Assembly (NCBI GenBank): GCA_039189765.1
Contig: JBCCYL010000009.1
Coordinates: 54,984-118,983, forward strand
DNA length: 64,000 nt
Origin: Cyanobacteria bacterium P01_F01_bin.150
GTDB lineage: Bacteria; Cyanobacteriota; Cyanobacteriia; CAKZMO01
Direction of reading: 5' to 3'
This document shows positions 9,155-18,966 of this stretch, piece by piece. The notes beneath the pieces were generated by a model that saw only the letters and a list, made by a program, of their open reading frames with translations, was not told the origin of the DNA and searched no databases. Numbering within the stretch: the stretch's first letter is position 1; every line of letters begins with the position of its first letter. The translations under genes and the position numbers were made by a program.

Positions 9155-10936
9155 CTAAAAGGCTTCCCATTCTAGGGACATATAAATTCCCATTTCCTGT
9201 AGTGAATCATCATCACGCGTATCTACATCTACTAAGGGCAAACCAATGTCGATACGGGCGGTTAAGTCATTTTGCTGCCATTGCAGTCCAAACCCAGTTC
9301 CGACAATTGTGCTGGGGTCCGGGTCCTCATCACTGATATTCCAACCTTTTCCCACGTCCAAGAAGGGAATAAGATGTAGCACACCATCGACTTTACGGGC
9401 TTTGATGATGGGAAATCGGACTTCAGCAGATGCCAAGACGCCATTGTCGGTGAGCAATAGATCCTGACGATAGCCCCGAACAGTGCGTTGTCCGCCAAGG
9501 CCAAATTGCTCCAGGGACAGTAAATCATCATCGGCAAATTGTAAATCGGTTTGCACTAGGAGCAGGGTGTCTTCTTCTAGAAGCCGTGCCCATTGGGCTT
9601 GGCCTCGCCACGCGACAAAGCGACTGTCGGGGCGACCATCTGTGTTGACGGTGGAGTTAAGGGCGTCTAGTCCAATGGAAAATTGCGATCGCGCCGCAAA
9701 GACATCTCGCGCTCGCCGTTTGTTCCACTCCTGGAAAAGCCGTAGGGTCGATACCCGAATCTCACCATCTTCATTGGCCCCAAAACGGGTAAGGGGAATG
9801 GGACCACCAAAGTCATTCGATAAGTCGAAGACACTGCGGGTTTGCTGGTGGCCAACGCTGACCCCCAATGCCAATTCCTCGGTTAGGGTCTGAAACAAGG
9901 GCTGGCGGTAGGCGAGTTCTGCAAAAAATGAGTCAGATTCGAGGTTGAGAATTTCAAAGGGGTCTTCAATAATTTCACTTTTGGAAATGCCGCCGCGCAG
10001 TTGAAGCGTGCTGTTATCGGCTCCCAGGAAAGTGGAGATGCTGCCATCAAGGGCGGTACTGCCGCTGGTACGCGCTAAGCCCAAATTGAAGGTTTCTCCA
10101 TAACCATTAAAATTCAGGAGATTGAGATCAAGGAACTGGCGAAAACTGCCGACGCTGGGCGATCGCGAATTGTCCAGCCCCAACACCACATTTAGGTCAT
10201 CCCCTTCCACCACATCCACCGTGAGGATACCTTCTCCTAAAGCCACGCCACCGCTTAACTCTGCTGACAAAGTGGCAATGCGGGGATCAAGCTGTAAGCG
10301 GCGCAGGGTATCAAGCAAATCTTCCACATTAAGCGGCGTCTCGATATCCCGCCAAATTCGATTGGCAATATAGCTATCCTTGAGCTTTTCATTGCCTCGA
10401 ATATCAATCGTCGTTAAACTCCCTTCCACGATTTGAATCGTAATCACCCCGTCTTGGATGGGCTGTTCGGGTAAGAAAGCTCCAGACGATGCATAACCTG
10501 CATCGATATATTTTTGAGCGACGGCAGAGCGAATTTCGTACAAGCGATTAATCGTCACTGACTCGCCAATAATCCCCTCTGGAATAACCGCCGCTAATTC
10601 TTCATCAGAGAAGATCGTATGGCCCTTGAACTCGATACGGTTTACGGTTACCCGCAGTTCTGATTCATCGCCCAGTTCTGGGGTTGAGGATGGCTCAGGA
10701 GATTGCAGTAATTCTTCAACCGAAGGTAAAGGGGTTAAGTCAGGCTCAGGCAATGGATCTGGGTCAAATTCAGGGGTTGTATCTTGGGGAAGAATTTGCT
10801 GGGCAACGAACAGCGGCTGGGCGATCGCGCTATTGGGAACAAGCGCTATCCCCAGGACAAGTGCCATGCTGGCGGGAACAGACTTCAACAAATACATGGG
10901 CCGAGCAAACGGAGATAGGGCGGGAAGATACAACAT
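9155..10936 (-). CDS. ShlB/FhaC/HecB family TpsB outer-membrane transporter
   Basis: POTRA region, VRGY motif (GGQRTVRGYRQD), beta-barrel C-terminus ending in F. Confidence 0.9.
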   Translation of the reverse strand: MLYLPALSPFARPMYLLKSVPASMALVLGIALVPNSAIAQPLFVAQQILPQDTTPEFDPDPLPEPDLTPLPSVEELLQSPEPSSTPELGDESELRVTVNRIEFKGHTIFSDEELAAVIPEGIIGESVTINRLYEIRSAVAQKYIDAGYASSGAFLPEQPIQDGVITIQIVEGSLTTIDIRGNEKLKDSYIANRIWRDIETPLNVEDLLDTLRRLQLDPRIATLSAELSGGVALGEGILTVDVVEGDDLNVVLGLDNSRSPSVGSFRQFLDLNLLNFNGYGETFNLGLARTSGSTALDGSISTFLGADNSTLQLRGGISKSEIIEDPFEILNLESDSFFAELAYRQPLFQTLTEELALGVSVGHQQTRSVFDLSNDFGGPIPLTRFGANEDGEIRVSTLRLFQEWNKRRARDVFAARSQFSIGLDALNSTVNTDGRPDSRFVAWRGQAQWARLLEEDTLLLVQTDLQFADDDLLSLEQFGLGGQRTVRGYRQDLLLTDNGVLASAEVRFPIIKARKVDGVLHLIPFLDVGKGWNISDEDPDPSTIVGTGFGLQWQQNDLTARIDIGLPLVDVDTRDDDSLQEMGIYMSLEWEAF

Positions 10937-10979
10937 AAAAAATGGGGCCGATTAGCTAAAGGGAACTTATTTTGGAGTC

Positions 10980-13900
10980 TTATGACGGACAAACGTTTGG
11001 GGTAGCAGGGGGGACGGCAGCAGCATTAGCATCTGCCACTAACCACAGATCTCCATTAGCATCCTGAACCATTTCCTGGGCTTCAACGGCGTCAGGCTCA
11101 ACACTAATATCAAAGGATTCTGGGGTTGCAGAGGGTTCTGAAAGCGTGGCCACATCACTACCTGCGGTGGGCAGATTGACCCAGTCCGCTACGATATCAT
11201 TAGTATTGGGACGATCGCGAATACTCGGTGGAATGCCCCCACGTCCAGTCACATACAGCGCACCGAGTTCATCACTCGCCAACTGACCTGGCCCTGGACA
11301 AACTTGAGTTAGCAAGCTTTCCACATCCACCACCAATACAGGTAACTCAAACACTCCCCGGACCGGGTCTACATCCAATTCATTAATTGAAATTAGTCCT
11401 TCCGTACCAAATTCAGAGCTAGCTGTAATATCATTACTGAAGTCGAAATCTCGTTCTCGCTTTGCAATATCATTCAGATTAATAAAAAAGCCTGCAGTCG
11501 TAATGTTTCCTCCATCACCGTCAAACGCATTCGCGTTAATGTTGTTATCGTTAGAAGGGAAACCGAAAATGGCATTTAATCCTAGTCCGATATTACCGCC
11601 ATCTCCGCCACCACCTATTTGATCAACCCCAGCTTCCGTGCTGACATCACTCTTTTCAGCTAAGAACAAGGTGTTACCAATAGTCACAATATTACCGCCA
11701 TCACCAGAAGTGGCTGTTGCTCTAAACTTGCTATCTTCTCGCAACACCTGTACTCCGGAGGTAAATACGATAATATCGCCTGCTTGATTATTATCTCCAA
11801 ATGCGCTGGCTGTAAGCTCACCACCGTTGGTTAAGGCCGCATCCCCTGCAATGACAAAAATCGTTCCCCCCACACTAGGGAGTGTTTGACCAGTCACGGG
11901 GTCTACTGTTACAGGTTCACCATTTAAACCCTCTGTTAGACCAGTAGCTCCTTCTGTTCTGACATCAATGAGACCGTTGTTATCCAACTTGAGGAATTCA
12001 GTAACAACAAAAATAGAGCCACCATCACCCGTCGCATTTTCATTCACAATACTGAAGAAAGAACTGGGGAAAATATCATCTCTTCCTAAATCTGGATTAA
12101 ATTGGGTGCGGAATCCTTCAAGTTCAACCTCATTAGCAAAAACAATGATGTTGCCCGCATCCCCTCGCCCCGCAGCATCTACAGAATCTGCTCCACGAAC
12201 TAGAGTCTGTAGTTGAGAGGCATCTGAAAGTTTTACTGAACCTGCCCGAACTGTAATAGCCCCTTCATCTGGTGTACGAACCTGATTAGGAGAGGTAAAT
12301 GTACTCGTATTACTATTCTCATTCTGGATGACGCCCCCATTTCCACCAGGTTCAATATTGCTGAGAATCAAACTAAAGTCAGATAGGGTAACACGACCAT
12401 CAGGAGAGTTCTCAGTGCTCCTATTATCAGCAAAAATATCTATATTGCCAGGGTTTCCGTTCCCTTCCGTGCTCACACTAATCCCTGCTAAATCTGACAA
12501 TTGTAGAGAACCTGTGTTAATGACAATGCCTCCAGCGTCCCCAGTCGCATCAGCACCAACAACACTACGAATTTGAAATAGCCGTTCATCAGGTAGTCCC
12601 GTTGGGGGTGCGCCGATGCCTGAAACATTTATGGAATTGGTGGCAATTAGAAATACTAACCCTGCATTACCTCCTCGCGGACTCAATACACTTGTATTGA
12701 TTTGAGCGCTAAACCCATTTCCCGCTTCTCCCTCAAGAACAATATCGTTGGCCCCAATGACAACAGAACCAAATAGCTGATCAAAATCCAGGGTATCTTG
12801 ATTAAGCAATCTCCGTTCTAAATCGTCAAAGACCTCACGACTGTTTTCTTCGGTTTGAGCGGTTGAATTAGGATAGATGAAATTAAAAATCTGACTGCCT
12901 TGGGAAATATTAACGGTACCTTCAGCTAGTAAAACAATGTTGCCGGCTCTACTGCTGCTATCTCCAATCTCTTGCTCAAGGAGAGTAGCAAGTTCTTCGT
13001 CTATTCCGGGCACTCGTCCACTTGCACAAGCCAGCCCAGGACCAATGCCACCACAAATACTACTTAAATTTCTAAGGGTAATATTTTGTCCGTAGAGTGT
13101 GACATCCCCTTTATTCTCCCCTGTCACATCAATCAGTGCCCGTCCTGCAATGGTAATGTCAGATACCTCAGGAGCAAAAAAGTCAGAATCGAAATCGAGC
13201 AATTTATCGCGATCGATTTTATAACGATTGGTCCTTGGGTCTGGCCCCGTATTCTCTGGGTCTGGCTCCGGATCTGAAATAATAGGCAGGGCTACGGTTT
13301 CATTGCCACCCAACGCCGCAATTTCTACACGCCCTTTAGGCGCTTGGAGGATCCCGCCTTGGATATTGATCGGACCACCCGCCAACATAAGAGTACGACG
13401 ATTAGTCATCACTAATCCTGGCGTTTCCTCCAGATCAGGACGCTCAACCGTAATCGCTCGTTCATTGATGGCGGGACGATTAGCCAATTGATTGAAAACA
13501 AGAGCGTCTGGCGTCACTCTTAAATTGACATCTGATCTTGTATCGTCCAACGCAAAATGTTGATTATCTCCAAACCTAATCTCATCGGCAGTGCTGGCAA
13601 TAAATGAACCGCGCAAATCCAACTGGGCATTTTCACCAAACACAATGCCATCCGGATTAAGCAGAAAAAGGTTTGCGGTTCCGTCGTTTGCAACACCTAA
13701 AAGCCCATTGATATCAGACTGAGTCCCCCCTACAACCCGACCAATTATATTTTCAACACCACTAGCGGCTCTAAATCTTACGGCTTCACCAGAATTAATG
13801 TCAAAACTCTCAAAACTATGAAACAGATTCCTGCCTCGTCGGAAACCATCTATTATTAAGAACGCATTATTTCCATCGTCATCGATTCCTTGGCGATCAA

Positions 13901-14102
13901 CTTGGGTGCCCAGACTAGTAGGGCTGCTATTAGGTTCGGGGACGGGTTCGGCGATCGCTCCTTCTCCCATTCCGATCACCATTGCCAGAGAAAAGAGAGA
14001 GGTGATCGCCCCTTGTTTGAGTCGAGTAGAAAATACTATTTTGAGGGAAGGAGCTGAACCGGAATCAGAAACCTTAGATACTGGGGAAGATGCAGCAATC
14101 AT
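10980..14102 (-). CDS. Filamentous haemagglutinin-family TpsA exoprotein
   Basis: NLFHSFESF, SDINGLL, NLFLLNPDGIVFGENAQLDL TPS domain; repeated G(D/N)AGNI beta-helix motifs. Confidence 0.9.
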   Translation of the reverse strand: MIAASSPVSKVSDSGSAPSLKIVFSTRLKQGAITSLFSLAMVIGMGEGAIAEPVPEPNSSPTSLGTQVDRQGIDDDGNNAFLIIDGFRRGRNLFHSFESFDINSGEAVRFRAASGVENIIGRVVGGTQSDINGLLGVANDGTANLFLLNPDGIVFGENAQLDLRGSFIASTADEIRFGDNQHFALDDTRSDVNLRVTPDALVFNQLANRPAINERAITVERPDLEETPGLVMTNRRTLMLAGGPINIQGGILQAPKGRVEIAALGGNETVALPIISDPEPDPENTGPDPRTNRYKIDRDKLLDFDSDFFAPEVSDITIAGRALIDVTGENKGDVTLYGQNITLRNLSSICGGIGPGLACASGRVPGIDEELATLLEQEIGDSSSRAGNIVLLAEGTVNISQGSQIFNFIYPNSTAQTEENSREVFDDLERRLLNQDTLDFDQLFGSVVIGANDIVLEGEAGNGFSAQINTSVLSPRGGNAGLVFLIATNSINVSGIGAPPTGLPDERLFQIRSVVGADATGDAGGIVINTGSLQLSDLAGISVSTEGNGNPGNIDIFADNRSTENSPDGRVTLSDFSLILSNIEPGGNGGVIQNENSNTSTFTSPNQVRTPDEGAITVRAGSVKLSDASQLQTLVRGADSVDAAGRGDAGNIIVFANEVELEGFRTQFNPDLGRDDIFPSSFFSIVNENATGDGGSIFVVTEFLKLDNNGLIDVRTEGATGLTEGLNGEPVTVDPVTGQTLPSVGGTIFVIAGDAALTNGGELTASAFGDNNQAGDIIVFTSGVQVLREDSKFRATATSGDGGNIVTIGNTLFLAEKSDVSTEAGVDQIGGGGDGGNIGLGLNAIFGFPSNDNNINANAFDGDGGNITTAGFFINLNDIAKRERDFDFSNDITASSEFGTEGLISINELDVDPVRGVFELPVLVVDVESLLTQVCPGPGQLASDELGALYVTGRGGIPPSIRDRPNTNDIVADWVNLPTAGSDVATLSEPSATPESFDISVEPDAVEAQEMVQDANGDLWLVADANAAAVPPATPNVCPS

Positions 14103-14637
14103 GGCGGGGGTATGCCTCTTAAAAACGGGGGAACCACTCTAATCAAGAAAGTGGATAATGCTTGATAGTAGAAATATCAGGAATTTTCCACCAATGCAAG
14201 GGATTTGCATTGAAAATTCTGAGGTAGAGAATAGGGTTAATGACAGTGTTTTTTGGGGGGCGATCGTTTGCCGTGTTTGAATTAATGCCAAATTATGCGC
14301 CGAGCTACTGAAGCGTCAGTGGCGATCGATTCTCTCAATCTATAGATATCTTTGCGATGCTTGATTAACAGAATAATAACTACTTATTTTTCATCAATCG
14401 TTCAGGCGAAAGTTGTTCCACATACGATTGAATTTGTAGCTGAATCGATGGTGTATTCATGGACGTATCTCCAAGAGACAGATATATGTTCAAACACTAG
14501 AACTATTTTTTAGGTTGACATAAGGTGTCAACACTAATCGTTATAATATTAGAACATCTGAATTAAAGGGTCAAACAAAATTGTATTTCTCGCAAATCCC
14601 TTGATGTTGCATTTATCGCCTTGGCTACTGAAGTTAT

Positions 14638-14722
14638 GGCTACACAAACGAAGTCTACCTCCGTGGACTAGGGCGATCAAGAATTCTGGTAACCCACGCA
14701 GGCGGGTTTTGTTTGTATAGCC
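14638..14722. repeat. Cyanobacterial MITE/REP-like element with terminal inverted repeats
   Basis: ggctacacaaacgaagtctacctccgtggact ... aacccacgcaggcgggttttgtttgtatagcc; the ends are imperfect reverse complements. Confidence 0.65.
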
Positions 14723-14856
14723 TTAGTTTCAACGACTTCGCTTTTTTGACTAAAATAGCAAACCCCAGAAGGGGAACTCTTACTTACGTTCAGAGAGAGT
14801 TCTCAAGAAGCTTAGAGTAATGTAAGACATTTGCCTCAAAAGTTTGCATAGCCGAA

Positions 14857-15729
14857 TTATTCTGTGGGACTTTCGCAAAGAGTCATCTTAATTTGCTCCA
14901 GCCGTTGGGCCAACTCAGGGGACGGATTTTCCACTGAAAATAGGGCGTCGAGACTGTCATACAGCAACCGTAGATCATGCTGAATAAAGAAGCGCGATCG
15001 CCGCAGCGCCAATTCCTCAGCCGTTGCCCCACTGGAGTGAACTTGCTCCTCTAGCTGAGATAGCTCTGCGTCTATCATGCGTCGGTCTTCGCTCCCTAAA
15101 CGTTCCAATAAAAGTGGGTCAGTGGATGCGCCATCGGACGTTATGCCGACAAACGTCAAGGTATAAAGCTGTCCTGGCTGTAACTCTTCTCCCGCATATC
15201 GCACGGCAGTATCAGTAGGCTGAACTGAGTACGTCCACATCTTCTGATTGTCTAGCAAATTGCGGACAATAATCTGACTGACATCCCCCTGCCACACAAT
15301 CAGGGGGCGATCGGTCCACACCATAAATGGCCCATTACGGACCTCTTCTAACTTGAATGCATAAGGACTAATCGGACAGAACTTGGAGGTTCGGCTTCCC
15401 CCCGGTTCACCCCATCTGAAAAAATCGACTAAATCATCAGCCATTTCAGACACCGAGCCAGTGCCCGGTTCATCCCAATCACTATCAAACTCTTCCTCTC
15501 CCTGATCATTACCGGATGTCTGTCCGATTAGAGATGCCTGTCCGATTGGAGCGGACAGGGACTTCTGCCGCTGGGCTAAATCAACGGGGGCAAATGGGGC
15601 TAGTGGTGAAACATTAGCGCCAAACGATAGAGAGTGTGTAGCGATCGCTATAGATGTATGAGCCAATCCCAAACAGCCAAGTAAGACAGTAAATGCAGCA
15701 CACCGATATAAACGAGAGGAATTAAACAT
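14857..15729 (-). CDS. Secreted DUF928-like protein of CHAT/CHASE2 loci
   Basis: Signal peptide, GGSR..FCPISP, VWTDRPLIVWQG, YAGEELQPGQLY; overlaps the CHASE2 gene stop. Confidence 0.6.
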   Translation of the reverse strand: MFNSSRLYRCAAFTVLLGCLGLAHTSIAIATHSLSFGANVSPLAPFAPVDLAQRQKSLSAPIGQASLIGQTSGNDQGEEEFDSDWDEPGTGSVSEMADDLVDFFRWGEPGGSRTSKFCPISPYAFKLEEVRNGPFMVWTDRPLIVWQGDVSQIIVRNLLDNQKMWTYSVQPTDTAVRYAGEELQPGQLYTLTFVGITSDGASTDPLLLERLGSEDRRMIDAELSQLEEQVHSSGATAEELALRRSRFFIQHDLRLLYDSLDALFSVENPSPELAQRLEQIKMTLCESPTE

Positions 15730-18472
15730 TGGGCTTTCTCCGCAATACACGTAAAATATAAATCCAAACCAATACAGTGGGTAGGGTCCAGGGCAACAAA
15801 ACGCCTGCTGAAATATAAAGCTGAAGGCTGGCCAGACCAGATAGTCCCGTTAAACCAGTAAATCCCAGCGTTAAGCGACGCCGCTGAAGATGAGTCCATT
15901 GGGAGTGAGGATAAGCCACCTTAATCCACTGGGCCGTCACATAGCCAAAAAGTGCGGCGATCGCCACGACCCAACTATCCGGCACATGAATCACCTTACG
16001 CTGCGTCAAAAAATGGTGAACCATATAGGCATGAGCTTCGCCTTTGGGGAATGCTTCTTTGGTTCCAGATGGGAGAGGAGCGTTTGTAGTTGGATCGCTG
16101 ATTAGATGAGACACTGGCGGAAAGATAGAATACCAATGTTTTGTAGCGCTAGGCAACGGTTCATTATCCTTGGCCTCATCAATTCCCGCTTCTGTATATC
16201 CCCCTGGTACGATCATCACTGTCCGCCCCGATAAATCTAGTGACTGATCTAATACCGATTCATCTAATAAGGCCCAGGCTGGAATTCGGGCATACACCGC
16301 ATCTGGAGGAATAGAAAAATCTAATAGTTGGGCAAACCATGTCTGACCAAACTGTTTATTGCTCCATAACGTTAGTGGGTGAAAGCGCGATCGCTCTTGA
16401 ACGCGCTCTAAACGGTACAGAGCATTAACAGCTTCAGACGTTAACGATATATTTGGAACTTGAGCACTATCAACAGGTGGAGATAACTCCACCGTATTTA
16501 TAAACTGAGCGCGGAGATCGGCTTGATTACTGCGGCTAGGAGGCTTAATCTGTGCAGCAATATCTGGATCCTGAGTGGCTTGCTGCAAAAGCGATAACAG
16601 ATACGCAAATGGGCAGCGATTTAGGCGACAATCATCCCCAGGCGCTTGGAGGGTCATATATCCCATTAGGACATCAATATGAGCGCCCATCATCCATGAG
16701 GGCTGAGCAATTTCACTTTTTTGATTAACGCTGACTTCTTGTCCATCTTCACCAATAATAGACGCAAAAACCAACCACATTTCTTGATCAACCGCTTGAT
16801 TGACTGCCTCCTGTAAGCGCTGGTCCATTTTAGGATCATCAGCCGGACGATCAAGAAGATAATCGATGCCAATAATGGATGCTTTTTGTTGAGCTAACGT
16901 CTGGATTAAATCAGCAAGGTAACTGCGATCAATTGGGAATGGGTCTCCCATTCGCCGATCTTTCTTCAAAGATTCTTCGTCTACCTGCACCAGTACAACA
17001 GGGGGGGAATCTGTGGCCGGAACCTGGTGGGTAAGTTGGCGATAGATGGCTTGGGTGCGTAATCGCTGGTCAAGACCGATCGACTGAGCGCTGGGCAGTA
17101 AGCTGAGGCCGAGGCAGGCAGTGAGGGCGATCGCTTCATACCTTAAGGGAATTAGTGTTTTAAGCTTTTGTCTCAGTCCTCTTTTCGGAATTCGAAATAG
17201 GGTTGCATCAGGATGGCAAAAAAGCGAAGGAACTAAATTAGCAGAGGGATAGGTAAATTGCTGCTCTAGCTTGAGCCATTGACAGGCTGACTGCATGGCT
17301 TCTTGCACATCTAGATGATTCGCTAAGCTCTGCATAAATTTCCACAAGAAGGCTTGGGCAACCCGAGTATGGATTGGCTCCCGCATCACTACAACTTGGC
17401 TCAAGCCCAAATCCATCAAAAACTCGGCAATATCTAACCCATTACAGGAATTAAACAGCGCAAACTGTAGCCCCTTTTCCTTCGCAATTGATAAAGAGGG
17501 CGCTAACTCCTGCATAGTAATAGATGACCCTGGAGCAATGGCAAGCTGTCCGCCCATCAACTCTTTCTCATTACTGTGTCCGGCAAAAAGCAATAGATCC
17601 CAGCCATCATCATCGGCGATCGCCTTACAGACACGAATCTTTACCGCTTCTGGGGATTGATTTGGCTGCCAGCCCTCAAACGTGATATCCGCAATATTGG
17701 TTAAAGACTGAACCGCCTTTCGATCTTCGCGAAAATCTAAACCCGTGCTATCTCCTAAAATGATTAAGATTCGGGGACGACGATGACGACGATAGCGAAG
17801 GTGAGTCGCACCCGAAGCAGCATGAATTGTCAATGAACTACGAACAATCTGTACTGAATCTCTAGTGGCGAATTCGGCCCCTATTTCCCAAGTTTCCCAG
17901 GGAAAACGAGCCAGTTCAAGCGGATAACAGCTAAGAAAAAGGCGGGTTTCCATCGCCTGCTCAGGTAGTTGCTCCGTAGTCGGTTGCTTCTCTTGCTTTG
18001 GCAAATCTAGTGATGTTGTGCCCCGTGACTTTACTCCAGCAATAGTGGCACGGACTTCAAATAAGTCACTATGCCGTAACCAACGTTGAAATTCATAGGT
18101 TAAGGTCGTTTCTGCCTGGACTAAACGCTCATGCCAATCAGGTGGGGGAAGATTCACTGAACCCCCTGTGACTGCTTTTCCTCGCAAAGAGTTACTGGGT
18201 TTTGAGCTAGCACTATCCGTTACCAAAGAGTTTGGATCGGTAGCAAGAACCCTATCTTTAAGACGATCAGCACTCCGGAGTTCCATATCCGAAAGTTGCG
18301 AATAAAACGTAAGGTATTGTCGTTGCCAATCTTGATATCTTTTTTCCAGAACAGAGGGATAGGGCACACGCGCCATTATTTTCTGCCCTTGTCCCCAAGA
18401 CAGTTCAAATAAACAGACCGCCTCAACGCGTTGAACCTGTAGATAAAAGTGACGGGAAGATTGGGAAACCAT
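15722..18472 (-). CDS. CHAT-like + CHASE2 domain membrane protein
   Basis: FAGHS, FALFNSCNGLDIA, VVMREPI; VVLVQVDE..IDRSYLA..IGIDYLLD (CHASE2); C-terminal TMs. Confidence 0.85.
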   Translation of the reverse strand: MVSQSSRHFYLQVQRVEAVCLFELSWGQGQKIMARVPYPSVLEKRYQDWQRQYLTFYSQLSDMELRSADRLKDRVLATDPNSLVTDSASSKPSNSLRGKAVTGGSVNLPPPDWHERLVQAETTLTYEFQRWLRHSDLFEVRATIAGVKSRGTTSLDLPKQEKQPTTEQLPEQAMETRLFLSCYPLELARFPWETWEIGAEFATRDSVQIVRSSLTIHAASGATHLRYRRHRRPRILIILGDSTGLDFREDRKAVQSLTNIADITFEGWQPNQSPEAVKIRVCKAIADDDGWDLLLFAGHSNEKELMGGQLAIAPGSSITMQELAPSLSIAKEKGLQFALFNSCNGLDIAEFLMDLGLSQVVVMREPIHTRVAQAFLWKFMQSLANHLDVQEAMQSACQWLKLEQQFTYPSANLVPSLFCHPDATLFRIPKRGLRQKLKTLIPLRYEAIALTACLGLSLLPSAQSIGLDQRLRTQAIYRQLTHQVPATDSPPVVLVQVDEESLKKDRRMGDPFPIDRSYLADLIQTLAQQKASIIGIDYLLDRPADDPKMDQRLQEAVNQAVDQEMWLVFASIIGEDGQEVSVNQKSEIAQPSWMMGAHIDVLMGYMTLQAPGDDCRLNRCPFAYLLSLLQQATQDPDIAAQIKPPSRSNQADLRAQFINTVELSPPVDSAQVPNISLTSEAVNALYRLERVQERSRFHPLTLWSNKQFGQTWFAQLLDFSIPPDAVYARIPAWALLDESVLDQSLDLSGRTVMIVPGGYTEAGIDEAKDNEPLPSATKHWYSIFPPVSHLISDPTTNAPLPSGTKEAFPKGEAHAYMVHHFLTQRKVIHVPDSWVVAIAALFGYVTAQWIKVAYPHSQWTHLQRRRLTLGFTGLTGLSGLASLQLYISAGVLLPWTLPTVLVWIYILRVLRRKPNV

Positions 18473-18966
18473 ATCAAATTTAATACTATGGGGGATAAAA
18501 AATATGAAATACCGTTAGTATCCCACTCTGGTTGCGGATTGAATGTATCTCACCGTCCCACAGCTAGGATTCAGAGCTGATTTCATAGGCTGTTAATGAG
18601 CACACTTCGTTTTGCCCAACCGACACAAACATCAGGCCGTTGAGTTTGGGCAACTCTCACCTGCCTCCTTTCATTGTTATATGTCTCACCTGCTTCTAGC
18701 TATACAAATGACGGATTAAAATCCTGCCGACCCTTACCAAAATTGGCACACCCCATTGCGTTCGTTAAAAGGGCTGAAATTCCCATTTTTACGTTTATTA
18801 CTCCATTTCTTGCCTTGTAAAAGTGAACCACTCTGAAAAGTGAGCGAGTTGGTCCCCATGCGTTCAGACAGTTCTCCTACGGTAAAGACATCGGGTTCGT
18901 TGGCGAGTTATTTCTTCCCAACAGCCCAAACCTCCACCGTTGCACTGTCTTAATACCGAAATTGCT

